DNA from: Neoechinorhynchus agilis
Taxonomy: Eukaryota; Animalia; Acanthocephala
Reading direction: 5' to 3'
Length of the DNA: 64,000 bases
NCBI GenBank assembly: GCA_051530055.1
Contig: CM121342.1
Location: 15,453,480-15,517,479 of the forward strand
Shown here: positions 23,373 through 34,500 of the stretch, in pieces
How the letters are laid out: each line of letters starts with the position of its first letter
Position numbering within the stretch: the first letter of the stretch is position 1
Notes under the pieces: model-generated
Told to the model about the DNA's origin: nothing
The model's database searches: none
Seen by the model: only the letters and a program-made list of their open reading frames with translations
Program-made: the position numbers and the translations under genes

Positions 23373-23522
23373 CGAGCTTTATTATTGAACTCTTCGTTGC
23401 GAATTTTCAAGGCCTCAGCCTCTTTCTCAAACATCTAAAAATGGATGTGGCGGGGTGCCTAAGTTGGTAGCCTTGACTCGGGTGCGCGGGACCGTAGATT
23501 CTCGGAGGTGATATTTCACCCC
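23373..23522 (-). repeat. Solo, diverged copy of the Penelope-like terminal repeat
   Basis: Aligns by eye to 25381-25522 (shared GACTCG.GTGCGCGGGACC, GAGGTGATA.TTCACCC, AATAAA and the ribozyme motif). Confidence 0.75.
23395..23436 (-). ncRNA. Minimal type I hammerhead ribozyme, U3-A8 variant, copy B (decayed)
   Basis: AGAUGU UUGAGAA A GAGG-CUGAGG-CCUU GAAA AU UC GCAACG. Confidence 0.6.
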
Positions 23523-25091
23523 CTCCAGCGCAGGCTCATCTAACGAATAAATTATAAAAAATGAAGAAAAAATCACAATGAATCCAAGAATACAAAATTA
23601 TAAAGGCGAGTAGAACTGGACGCCATTTTGATTGATAAAACTGAAATTCAATGAATGCATAGGAATTCCTACACGAAGGCCGAAAATTATCAAATAAATA
23701 ATTTTTCTGAATTGCGATTTATTTGACAATTTCGTTTTCATTCTTGTAAACATCCCGACGTTGCCAGCATACTGGCAGCGTTCCCTCGCTGTATCGCAAT
23801 TGCGATTAATTGAGCGATGGACATCTTTACAAAAACGCATAGGAATTCTCAGGAGAACTAATTGCTTTATAATAAACTGAAAGGACGAGGAAATCACAAT
23901 AAACAATCTTCTTTACTTTTTGTTTACCAATCTATCATCAATTGTTTACCGTGTATAGAAAGCAAAGCTTCGGCGAATATTGACAGTTTGCTGCACTTCA
24001 AGAGCGGATAAGGGAGAACGTGTGAATAAGTTGAAGGTTGAAGATTTCCTCGCACGAAAAATACAATGACAACTCATATCGCTTACTCCATAGTCCAAGG
24101 AATGGTGAATGAAATGGAAAAGGACATTTGTGCCGCTATCGGATACAATGAATGCTGCCATCTAACAGCAGTTCGGTATAAGGTCATCGTAACCCAAAAG
24201 GATACCTACATCAGAATCAGGGTGAGTTTTATTAAAAATAAGATAAAAGTGCTAATCAACTCAAATAGATTAAATACAAAGGATGCATTTATTACGACAT
24301 TGAGGGCCTTTTTTCGATCGATGCATCCAACGGAGTCGTGATGACGTTTTCAGAGATCATTAGGTCCAACGTTGATCCGACGAGTAGCTTATAAGCGTTC
24401 AAAGGATTAGATTAAGTCGATTTAGTTTGAATCTCCTTCCCCATAGATTCTACAATAAATTTTAGTTAGCTTATATGACATTACGGGGAAGTTCATCCGC
24501 ATTTTAAAGGCATTTTAAGAAAAGTTTGAATTCCTTGATTTCATTGCAAATTATATGAAGAAAGGACAAGTTATAATGCCGTTTGCAGTTCATAGCTCAT
24601 ATCAGATTTGGATTCTTAAAAGTAAACTACATTCATGAACGCAACGACAGTGTTCCAGGCATTATTTGGCAGACATAAAAAAAGAGCCACTTGATTGTAT
24701 AGATTATCCAATACATTAGATGGAACGAACTTTTAGACGGGAAATGAAGAAATTAAATGGAAGTAACGAGAGATTAAAATATGAACTCCATTTAAATTTT
24801 GACAAAAAAATTTCCATCGTCACTTTTTTTCGATCGGCATGACACAAGAATGAATCTTTAACTGTAATATCGGAGCAAGAGGACAGATATAAAAAATCAG
24901 AGTTAAAGAAAAAATTGACAGTACATCGAAATCGCTAAAACATAATGATAAAAACATTATATAATAACACGTTCATTGGCTAAAATAGACAGAAAAGGAC
25001 CATGTACCTATGGGTCCTCATAAGCACTCAAGTTCAGAGTTGTTTTAAAATGCGTATCCGTAACGACAAAAAGTATTTACAGACATTCATG

Positions 25092-25280
25092 CTACCGCTC
25101 TGGATCACTCAGCTGCCGTGCTGACGTAATGGTCGAAAGGACGGATGTAGCGCTTCCCCGTTGCACAGCCAGACTTATGTTTTGTAGGAGGAATGCTCCT
25201 GATCTCTTATCACCAGTGATTCGTCTATATCTCTTAGACAATTGCTTGATCAGGTCCTGCGAGCTGCCAGAGACACAACT
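25092..25280 (-). mobile_element. 3' fragment of a second, more distant CRE-clade family
   Basis: Minus strand reads SGSSQDLIKQLSKRYRRITGDKRSGAFLLQNISLAVQRGSATSVLSTI..ER*; not listed in the ORF track on this strand. Confidence 0.85.
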
Positions 25281-25380
25281 ACTGCGTTATGCCTGTTTCT
25301 ATAAATATCGAGATATTCGATCGATTTTTCCTTTGAGGGGTTCACTTCATTTTCTCTGTACGGCGAGTTTTTTTTCTCCT

Positions 25381-26185
25381 CGAGATTTATTTGTGAACAT
25401 ACAAATTTTCGAGGTCTCAACCTCATTATCAAGCATCTAAAATCACATGCAGTAGGGGAGCTCATTTGATCCCTGGACTCGTGTGCGCGGGACCATCAAT
25501 TTCCGAGGTGATACTTCACCCTGTGCGCTACTACTCCACGGAGGTTATTTGTCGGAAAGACAAAAGCGAAGCTGCTCTTGTTGTCTTCCATTGTCCTCTC
25601 CGCGTTGATGAGAAGGGCTTCCTTGATCAGCCTTCTTTGGAGCCCGTTCTCCACCATTTTCACCTTCACTCCTCCGAAGTCGATTGTGTGGTCGTTTTGC
25701 ACGGCGTGGTTGAAGATGACCGATGATACGTCACTCCGTTTGAGTGCGTATTCATGCTGCCGCACTCTTTTATAAATACCTTCTTCGTTTGTCCAATATA
25801 GACATGGTCACAGTCCTTGCAGAGTACTGAGTTGACGACGAAATCATCGCCCTTGAACTGCTCCGGCTTCGACTTGAAAACGCTACTCTAATTCATCTCT
25901 GCCGGGTGGTATGGTATGAGATTCACCGAGCTCGATTTCGTCCCCATGTGAGAGAGCATGTTGCTCATTTTTGAAGAAATCTAATGAGCTCTGATGAATC
26001 TCGTTTCGGTCTAACTCGACTTGTTTTCTTTTCCACTTCCTGCTCCTTTCTTTTTCCTTCTGCATGGGCCAGTGCCTTCTTAATGGCGTAGGTAGGGGAC
26101 TCAAGGTCTCTTAGTTTCCGCTCGATAATGCCCATGCTCCTTTTTGTCACATACTTGTTGCTACCTATTTTCAGCGCTCTCGAGA
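25381..26185 (-). mobile_element. Penelope-like element 3' part: RT thumb/linker, GIY-YIG endonuclease and terminal repeat; decayed
   Basis: ALKIGSNKY..LESPTYAIKKAL, SSELIRFLQK, VLCKDCDHVYIGQTKK, RQHEY..S.IFNHAVQNDHTIDF..E..RRLIKEALLI, with frameshifts and stops. Confidence 0.85.
25397..25438 (-). ncRNA. Minimal type I hammerhead ribozyme, U3-A8 variant, copy A
   Basis: AGAUGC UUGAUAA U GAGG-UUGAGA-CCUC GAAA AU UU GUAUGU: stem I 5 of 6 pairs, perfect 4-bp stem II, palindromic AAUU in place of stem III. Confidence 0.7.
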
Positions 26186-28539
26186 ATAGATTAAAATAAA
26201 TAAAAACGTTTTATTAATAAAGAAGAACGATCCATACACTTGCCAGCATGTACCTTTGCTGAAGGTGTCTGGATGTCGCATGTTGAGGCAGGGAGGAGGA
26301 ACTTGTCCTTGAAGGAGTTTTAAAGGAAAATGACCGATTGGGAGTCTTCCCTTGTTCTCCGGTTATTAAGGAAAGATTGGGCTTGGGGAAGAAAAGATTT
26401 TTGGTAGAGGGTGGTACGAGCGAGTGGGGGATGAAAAAAGTTTGGGTTACGGGTGTTTACGAGAGAAAAGTATTTAGAGATGAGGGAAGAAAATTGTGGA
26501 AGGGGTTGAAGAAGACGGAGGGCGTTTTTGGAGAAAATGGCGTGGAGGTGGGCGTCGAGGGGAGGGAGTGAAGTCCCGCATATTCTCGCTGCTCTCTTGT
26601 GGAAGGTTTCGAGGGAATGAAGAGCATTGGCGGAAAGGGCGATGAAAATGGGGGTAGGCGTATGTAAGGATAGAAAGGATGGCAGAAGGATAAAAGTGAG
26701 CAAGGTGTTTAGGGGATACGCCGAGACGCCGGAGGAGTTTGAGTAGGTATAGACGAGGATTTGCTTTAGAGAGTGTAAATGAAATGTGGGCATCCCATTT
26801 AAGGTTTTCTTGTAAAATCAGGCCCAGTATTCGGAGAGAATAGGAGCGTTGGATGGGGAGAGGGAGAGGCGCGGGGATAAGATAGCGTTTGGAAATGTGG
26901 GGGAAAAGCTCAAAAGATTTGGATAAATTTAGGGAGAGGTTTAGGGTGCAGAGCGAGGAAATGAGATGGTTGAGCTCGTCCATGGTTGTGGAGAGGGAGA
27001 GAGAGGGATATGCGATGGTAAAGACTGTGAGGTCATCTGCATAGATAAAATATTTGGTAGGGGGAGTAAGGGGATGAAGGTAATTTAGAAAAACGTCAAA
27101 GAGGAGAAGGGAAAGTACGGCGCCTTGGGGGACCCCTTTAAATATGGGCAAAGAGGAAGAACAAGAAGCACCACATTGGATATGGTGTTCGCGGTTGGAG
27201 AGGAAAGAGTAAATCCAAGCGAGTTGCAAAGTTGGGAGACCAAAGGAAGCACATGCTTGGTGGAGAAGGAGTGATCTACCTACTCGAACGCCCTGGAAAT
27301 ATCCAGTTGCACGAGACGGACGGTTAATGCTGGATTGGCATCTAAGCTGTGCACAAGCGTAACATAGATGCAGAGGAGGGCATCAGAGCAAGAGCAATTG
27401 GGACGGAAAGCGAATTGGGAAGGGAGATGTTTTTGAGGAAGAAGGGAAGTAGGCGGGGTTTAAAACATTTTTCTAAGATTTTAGAGAAAGAGAGGATAGA
27501 GATGGGCCGAAATCCTCTGCATCTATGTTACGCTTGTGCACAGCTTAGATGCCAATCCAGCATTAACCGTCCGTCTCGTGCAACTGGATATTTCCAGGGC
27601 GTTCGAGTAGGTAGATCACTCCTTCTCCACCAAGCATGTGCTTCCTTTGGTCTCCCAACTTTGCAACTCGCTTGGATTTACTCTTTCCTCTCCAACCGCG
27701 AACACCATATCCAATAAGCAACGAGCTAGGAAAGATGAGAGAGCGAGGGCGGGATCGGCAGTTTGTTAAAATCGCCCAATATGATGAAGTGATATGAGGA
27801 AGTGGAAAGTAGGTCAGTAAATAGGTGGTCTATTTGTTGAAGTGTGTTGGAGATGTTTGAGGAAGGAGGGCGAGAAAGGCCAGCGATAGAGATCTTACGT
27901 TGGCCATTGCGGAGGGGGAGATGAAGTTGGATGTGAAGCCATTCAAGATCGTAGGAGATGAAAAGGTAGGGTGAAGAGCAATGGTAAGGGAGAGGCGCGG
28001 ATGAAGATCGATATGCCTCCCCCGTTTCGGAAGTCCCTTGTGAGGTGAAAAGCTTGAAAGTTTGGTAGGAAGCAGATAATTTGCTATGGGGTGAGAACCA
28101 TGTTTCCGTAATTACAAGGATGTCGGCGTTGCAAGAAGAGGTCACTACATGGAGCTCATCCAGCTTGGGGAGGAGGTTGCGGATGTTAGAATAAAAGATT
28201 ATTGGAAAGGGATGTTTAGAAGGGACATGAGGGGTGGACACTGACGGAGAGGGTTGAAGCTGCGCAGAGAGAGAAGGGATGGGAGTTGACCGATGGGGTA
28301 GTTCGGGGGTAATGGATTCGTGGGTGGACACTGTAGTGAGGGGTGGTTTGAGTGTAGGGACCATAAGGGTGGGAACTGCGTATGCGGGATGAACTCGGGG
28401 GGGGGCAAGAGGATATTGGGAGTTGAAGAGGTGGTGGTAAGAGGTGAGGTAGTGTGTGCGTCCAAGGTATTTTTCGCTTCTGAGGGGCAAAGCAAAAATT
28501 TCCAGATTTGGTAGGATGCAGATTAGTAGTTATAGGCAG
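26185..28539 (-). mobile_element. L2/CR1-type LINE (APE endonuclease + RT), decayed and internally rearranged
   Basis: EN motifs YSNIRNLLPKLDEL, DILVITETW, IILGDFN; RT motifs QFAFRP, LDISRAF, GVPQGAVLS, YADD, LGLILQENLKW. The 3' UTR ends in AATAAA and ATTT-like repeats near 26190-26220. Confidence 0.92.
27175..27715. repeat. Perfect 203-bp inverted duplication inside the LINE (arms 27175-27377 and 27513-27715)
   Basis: Base-by-base reverse-complement comparison found no mismatch; the spacer is 135 bp. Confidence 0.92.
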
Positions 28540-31500
28540 GCAAGAGTCGAGATATTGTCGAAGAACAGCGCGTTAGAGACACAACAAAATTGTTACGTCT
28601 GCTTCCATAAATATTGCGACATCTCTGTACGAAATGCGCGTCGGAGATACAAGAACTGCGTTACATCTGCTACTATAATTATCAAGATATTGCTGTAAGA
28701 AATGCGCGTCGGAGATGCAACAAATGCGTAATGTCTTCCTCTGCAAGTGTCGAGATATTGTTGAAGAACAGCGCGTTAGAGACACAACAAAATAGTTACG
28801 TCTGCTTCCATAAATATTGCGACATCTCTGTACGAAATGCGCGTCGGAGATACAAGAACTGCGTTACATCTGCTTCTATAATTATCAAGATATTGCTGTA
28901 AGAAATGCGCGTCGGAGATGAAACAACTGTGTGATGTCTGCCTCTGCAAATGTCGAGATATTGTAAAAGAACAGCGCGTTAGAGACACAACAAAATTGTT
29001 ACGTCTGCTTCCATAAATATTGAGATATCTCTGTACGAAATGCGCGTCGGAGATACAAGAACTGCGTTACATCTGCTTCTATAATTATCAAGATATTGCT
29101 TTAAGAAATGCGCGTCGGAGATGCAACAAATGCGTGATGTCTATTTCTGCAAGTTTCGAGATATTGTTGAAGAACAGCGCGTTAGAGACACAACAAAATT
29201 GTTACGTCTGCTTCCATAAATTCTGAGATATCTCGGTACGAAATGCGCGTCGGAGATACAAGAACTGCGTTACATCTGTCTCTAAAATTATCAACAAATT
29301 GCTGTAAGAAATGCGCTTCGGAGATGCAACAAATGCGTGATGTCTACCTCCTAGAGTGTCGAGATATTGTCGAAGGACAGCGCGTTAGAGACACAACAAA
29401 ATTGTTACGCTTCCATAAATTTTGAGATATCTCTGTAAGAAATGCGCGTCGGAGATATAAGAACTGCGTTACATCTGCTTCTATAATTATCAAGATATTG
29501 CTGTAAGAAATGCGCGTCGGAAATACAAGAACTGCGTCACATCTGCTTCTATAATTATCAAGATATTGCTGTAAGAAATGCGCGTCGGAGTTGCAACAAA
29601 TGCGTGATGTCTTCCTCTGCGAGTGTCGAGATATTGTCGAAGAATCACGCGTTAGAGACACAACAAAATTGTTACGTCTGCTACCATAAATATTGAGATA
29701 TCTCTGTACGAAAGTCGCGTCGGAGATACAAGAACTGCGTTACATCTGCTTCTATAATTATCAAGATATTGCTGCAAGAAATGCGCGTCGGAGATGCAAC
29801 AAATGCGTAATGTCTTCCTCTGCAAGTGTCGAGATATTGTTGAAGAACAGCGCGTTGGAGACACAACAAAATTGTTACGTCTGCTTCCATAAATATTGAG
29901 ATATCTCTGTACGAAATGCGCGTCGGAGATACAAGAACTGCGTTACATCTGTCTCTATAATTAACAGGATATTGCCGTAAGAAATGCGCGTCGGAGATGC
30001 TACAACTGCGTGATGTCTGCCTCTGCAAGTGTCGAGATATTGTCGAAGAACAGCGCGTTAGAGACACAACAAAATTGTTACGTCTGCTTCCATAAATATT
30101 GCGATATCTCTGTACGAAATGCGCGTCGGAGATACAAGAACTGCGTTACATCTGCTTCTATAATTATCAAGATATTGCTGCAAGAAATGCGCGTCGGAGA
30201 TGCAACAAATGCGTAATGTCTTCCTCTGCAAGTGTCGAGATATTGTTGAAGAACAGCGCGTTAGAGACACAACAAAATTGTTACGTCTGCTTCCATAAAT
30301 ATTGAGATATCTCTGTACGAAATGCGCGTCAGAGATACAAGAACTGCGTTACATCTGTCTCTATAATTATCAAGATATTGCTGTAAGAAATGCGCGTCGG
30401 AGATGCAACAAATGCGTGATGTCTACCTCTGCAAGTGTCGAGATATTGTCGAAGAACAGCGCGTTAGAGACACAACAAAATTGTTACGTCTGCTTCCATA
30501 AATATTGCGATATCTCTGTACGAAATGCGCGTCGGAGATACAAGAACTGCGTTACATCTGCTTCTATAATTATCAAGATATTGCTGTAAGAAACGCGCGT
30601 CGGAGATGCAACAAATGCGTGATGTCTGCCTCTGCAAGTGTCGAGATATTGTTAAAGAACAGCGCGTTAGAGACACAACAAAATTGTTACGTCTGCTTCC
30701 ATAAATTCTGAGATATCTCTGTACGATAAGCGCGTCGGAGATACAAGAAATGCGTTACATCTGTCTTTGTAATTATCGAGATATTGCTGTAAGAAATGCG
30801 CGTCGGAGATGTACGAATTGCGTGATGTCTGCCTCTGCAAGTGTCGAGATATTGTCGAAGAACAGCGCGTTAGAGACACAAAAAAATTGTTACGTCTGCT
30901 TCCATAAATATTTCGATATCTCTGTACGAAATGCGCGTCGGAGATACAAGAACTGCGTTACATCTGCTTGTATAATTATCAAGATATTGCTGTAAGAAAT
31001 GCGCTTCGGAGATGCAACCAAAGCGTAATGTCTTCCTCTGCAAGTGTCGAGATATTGTTGAAGAACAGCGCGTTAGAGACACAACAAAATTGTTACGTCT
31101 GCTTCCATAAATATTGAGATATCTCTGTACGAAATGCGCGTCGGAGATACAAGAACTGCGTTACATCTGTCTCTATAATTATCAAGATATTGCTGTAAGA
31201 AATGCGCGTCGGAGATGCAACAAATGCGTGATGTCTACCTCTGCAAGTGTCGAGATATTGTCAAAGAACAGCGCGTTAGAGACACAACAAAATTGTTACG
31301 TCTGCTTCCATAAATATTGCGATATCTCTGTACGAAATGCGCGTCGGAGATACAAGAACTGCGTTACATCTGCTTCTATAATTATCAAGATATTGCTGTA
31401 AGAAATGCGCGGCGGAGATGCAACAAATGCGTAATGTCTTCCTCTGCAAGTGTCGAGATATTGTTGAAGAACAGCGCGTTAGAGACACAAATAAATTGTT

Positions 31501-34500
31501 ACGCTTCCATAAATTTTGAGATATCTCTGTAAGAAATGCGCGTCGGAGATACAAGAACTGCGTTACATCTGCTTCTATAATTATCAAGATATTGCTGTAA
31601 GAAATGCGCGTCGGAGATGCAACAAATGCGTAATGTCTTCCTCTGCAAGTGTCGAGATATTGTCGAAGAACAGCGCGTTAGAGACACAACAAAATTGTTA
31701 CGTCTGCTTCCATAAATATTGAGATATCTCTGTACGAAATGCGCGTCGGAGATACAAGAACTGCGTTACATCTGTCTCTATAATTATCAAGATATTGCTG
31801 TAAGAAATGCGCGTCGGAGATGCAACAACTGCGTGATGTCTGCCTCTGCAAGTGTCGAGATATTGTCGAAGAACAGCGCGTTAGAGACACAACAAAATTG
31901 TTACGTCTGCTTCCATAAATATTGCGATATCTCTGTACGAAATGCGCGTCGGAGATGCAACAACTGCGTGATGTCTTCCTCTGCAAGTGTCGAGATATTG
32001 TTGAAGAACAGCGCGTTAGAGACACAAATAAATTGTTACGCTTCCATAAATTTTGAGATATCTCTGTAAGAAATGCGCGTCGGAGATACAAGAACTGCGT
32101 TACATCTGCTTCTATAATTATCAAGATATTGCTGTAAGAAATGCGCGTCGGAGATGCAACAAATGCGTAATGTCTTCCTTTGCAAGTGTCGAGATATTGT
32201 CGAAGAACCACGCGTTAGAGACACAACAAAATTGTTACGTCTGCTTCCATAAATATTGAGATATCTCCGTACGAAATGCGCGTCGGAGATACAAGAACTG
32301 CGTTACATCTGTCTCTATAATTATCAAGATATTGCTGTAAGAAATGCGCGTCGGAGATGCAACAACTGCGTGATGTCTGCCTCTGCAAGTGTCGAGATAT
32401 TGTTGAAGAACAGCGCGTTAGAGACACAACAAAATTGTTACGTCTGCTTCGATAAATATTGAGATATCTCTGCACGAAATGCGCGTCGGAGATACAAGAA
32501 CTGCGTTACATCTGCCTCCATAATTATCAAGATATTGCTGTAAGAAATGCGCGTCGGAGATGCAACAAATGCGTGATGTCTTCCTCTGCAAGTGTCGAGA
32601 TATTGTTAAAGAACAGCGCGTTATAGACACAACAATATTGTTACGTCTGCTTCCATAAATATTGAGATATCTCTGTACGAAATGCGCGTCGGAGTTACAA
32701 GAACTGCGTTACATCTGTCTCTATAATTATCAAGATATTGCTGTGAGAAATGCGCGTCGGAGATGAAACAACTGCGTGATGTCTGCCTCTGCAAGTGTCG
32801 AGATATTGTTAAAGAACAGCGCGTTAGAGACAAAAAAAAATTGTTACGTCTGCTTCCATAAATATTGAGATATCTCTGTACGAAGTGCGCGTCGGAGATA
32901 CAAGAACTGCGTTACATCTTCTTCTATAATTATCAAGATATTGCTGTAAGAAATGCGATTCGGAGATGCAACAAATGCGTAATGTCTTCCTCTGCAAGGG
33001 TCGAGATATTGTTGAAGAGCAGCGCGTTCGAGACACAACAAAATTGTTACGTCTGCTTCCATAAATATTGAGATATCTCTGTACGAAATGCGCGTCGGAG
33101 ATACAAGAACTGCGTTACATCTGTCTCTATAATTATCAAGATATTGCTGTAAGAAATGCGCGCCGGAGATGAAACAACTGCGTGATTTCTGCCTCTGCAA
33201 GTGTCGAGATATTGTCGAAGAACAGCGCGTTAGACACACAACACAATTGTTATGCCTGCTTCCATAAATATTGCGATATCTCTGTACGAAATGCGCGTCG
33301 GAGATACAAGAACTGAGTTACATCTGCCTCTATAATTATCAAGATGATGCTGTAAGAAATGCGCGTCGGAGATGCAACAACTGCGTAATGTCTACCTCTG
33401 CAAGTGTCGAGATATTGTTAAAGAACAGCGCGTTAGACACACAACACAATTGTTATGCCTGCTTCCATAAATATTGCGATATCTCTGTACGAAATGCGCG
33501 TCGGAGATACAAGAACTGAGTTACATCTGCCTCTATAATTATCAAGATAATGCTGTAAGAATTGCGCGTCGGAGATGCAACAACTGCGTAATGTCTTCCT
33601 CTGCAAGTGTCGAGATATTGTCGAAGAACCACGCGTTTGAGACACAACAAAATTGTTACGTCTGCTTCCATAAATATTGAGATATCTCTGTAAGAAATGC
33701 GCGTCGGAGATATAAGAACTGCGTTACATCTGTCTCTATAATTATCAAGATATTACTGTAAGAAATGCGCGTCGGAAATGCAACAACTGCGTTATGTCTT
33801 CCTCTGCAAGTGTCGAGATATTGTTGAAGAACAGCGCGTTAGAGACACAACAAAATTGTTAGATCTGCTTCCAGAAATATTGAGATATCTCTGTACGAAA
33901 TGCGCGTCGGGGATACAAGAACTGCGTTACATCTGTCTCTTTAATTATCAAGATATTGCTGTAAGAAATGCGCGCCGGAGATGCACGAATTGCGTGATGT
34001 CTGCCTCTGCAAGTGTCGAGATATTGTTGAAGAACAGCGCGTTAGAGACACAACTAAATTGGAACGTCTGCTTCCATAAATATTGAGATATCTCTGTACG
34101 AAATGCGCCTCGGAAATGCAACAACTGCGTGATGTCTGCCTCTGCAAGTGTCGAGATATATGGTCGAAGAACAGCGCGTTAGAGACACAACAAAATTGTT
34201 ACGTCTGCTTCCATTAATATTGAGATATCTCCGTAAGAAATGCGCGTCGGAGATGCAAGAACTGCGTTACATCTGTCTCTATAATTATCAAGATATTGCC
34301 GTACGATATGCGCGTCGGAGATGCAACAACTGCGTGATGTCTGCCTCTGCAAGTGTCGAGATATTGTTGAAGAACAGAACGTTAGAGGCACAAAATATTG
34401 TTACGTCTGCTTCCATAAATATTGCCATATCTCTGTACGAAATGCGCGTCGGAGATACAATAACTGCGTTACATCTGCTTCTATTATTATCAAGATATTG

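Noticed and set aside
23590-24400. ORFs 23598-23906, 23946-24161 and 24066-24341
   Set aside because: No recognisable domain or consistent splice model; probably decayed repeat sequence.
25990-26020. CTGATGA on the plus strand as a further hammerhead core
   Set aside because: No stem II followed by GAAA, and it lies antisense within the Penelope-like coding region.
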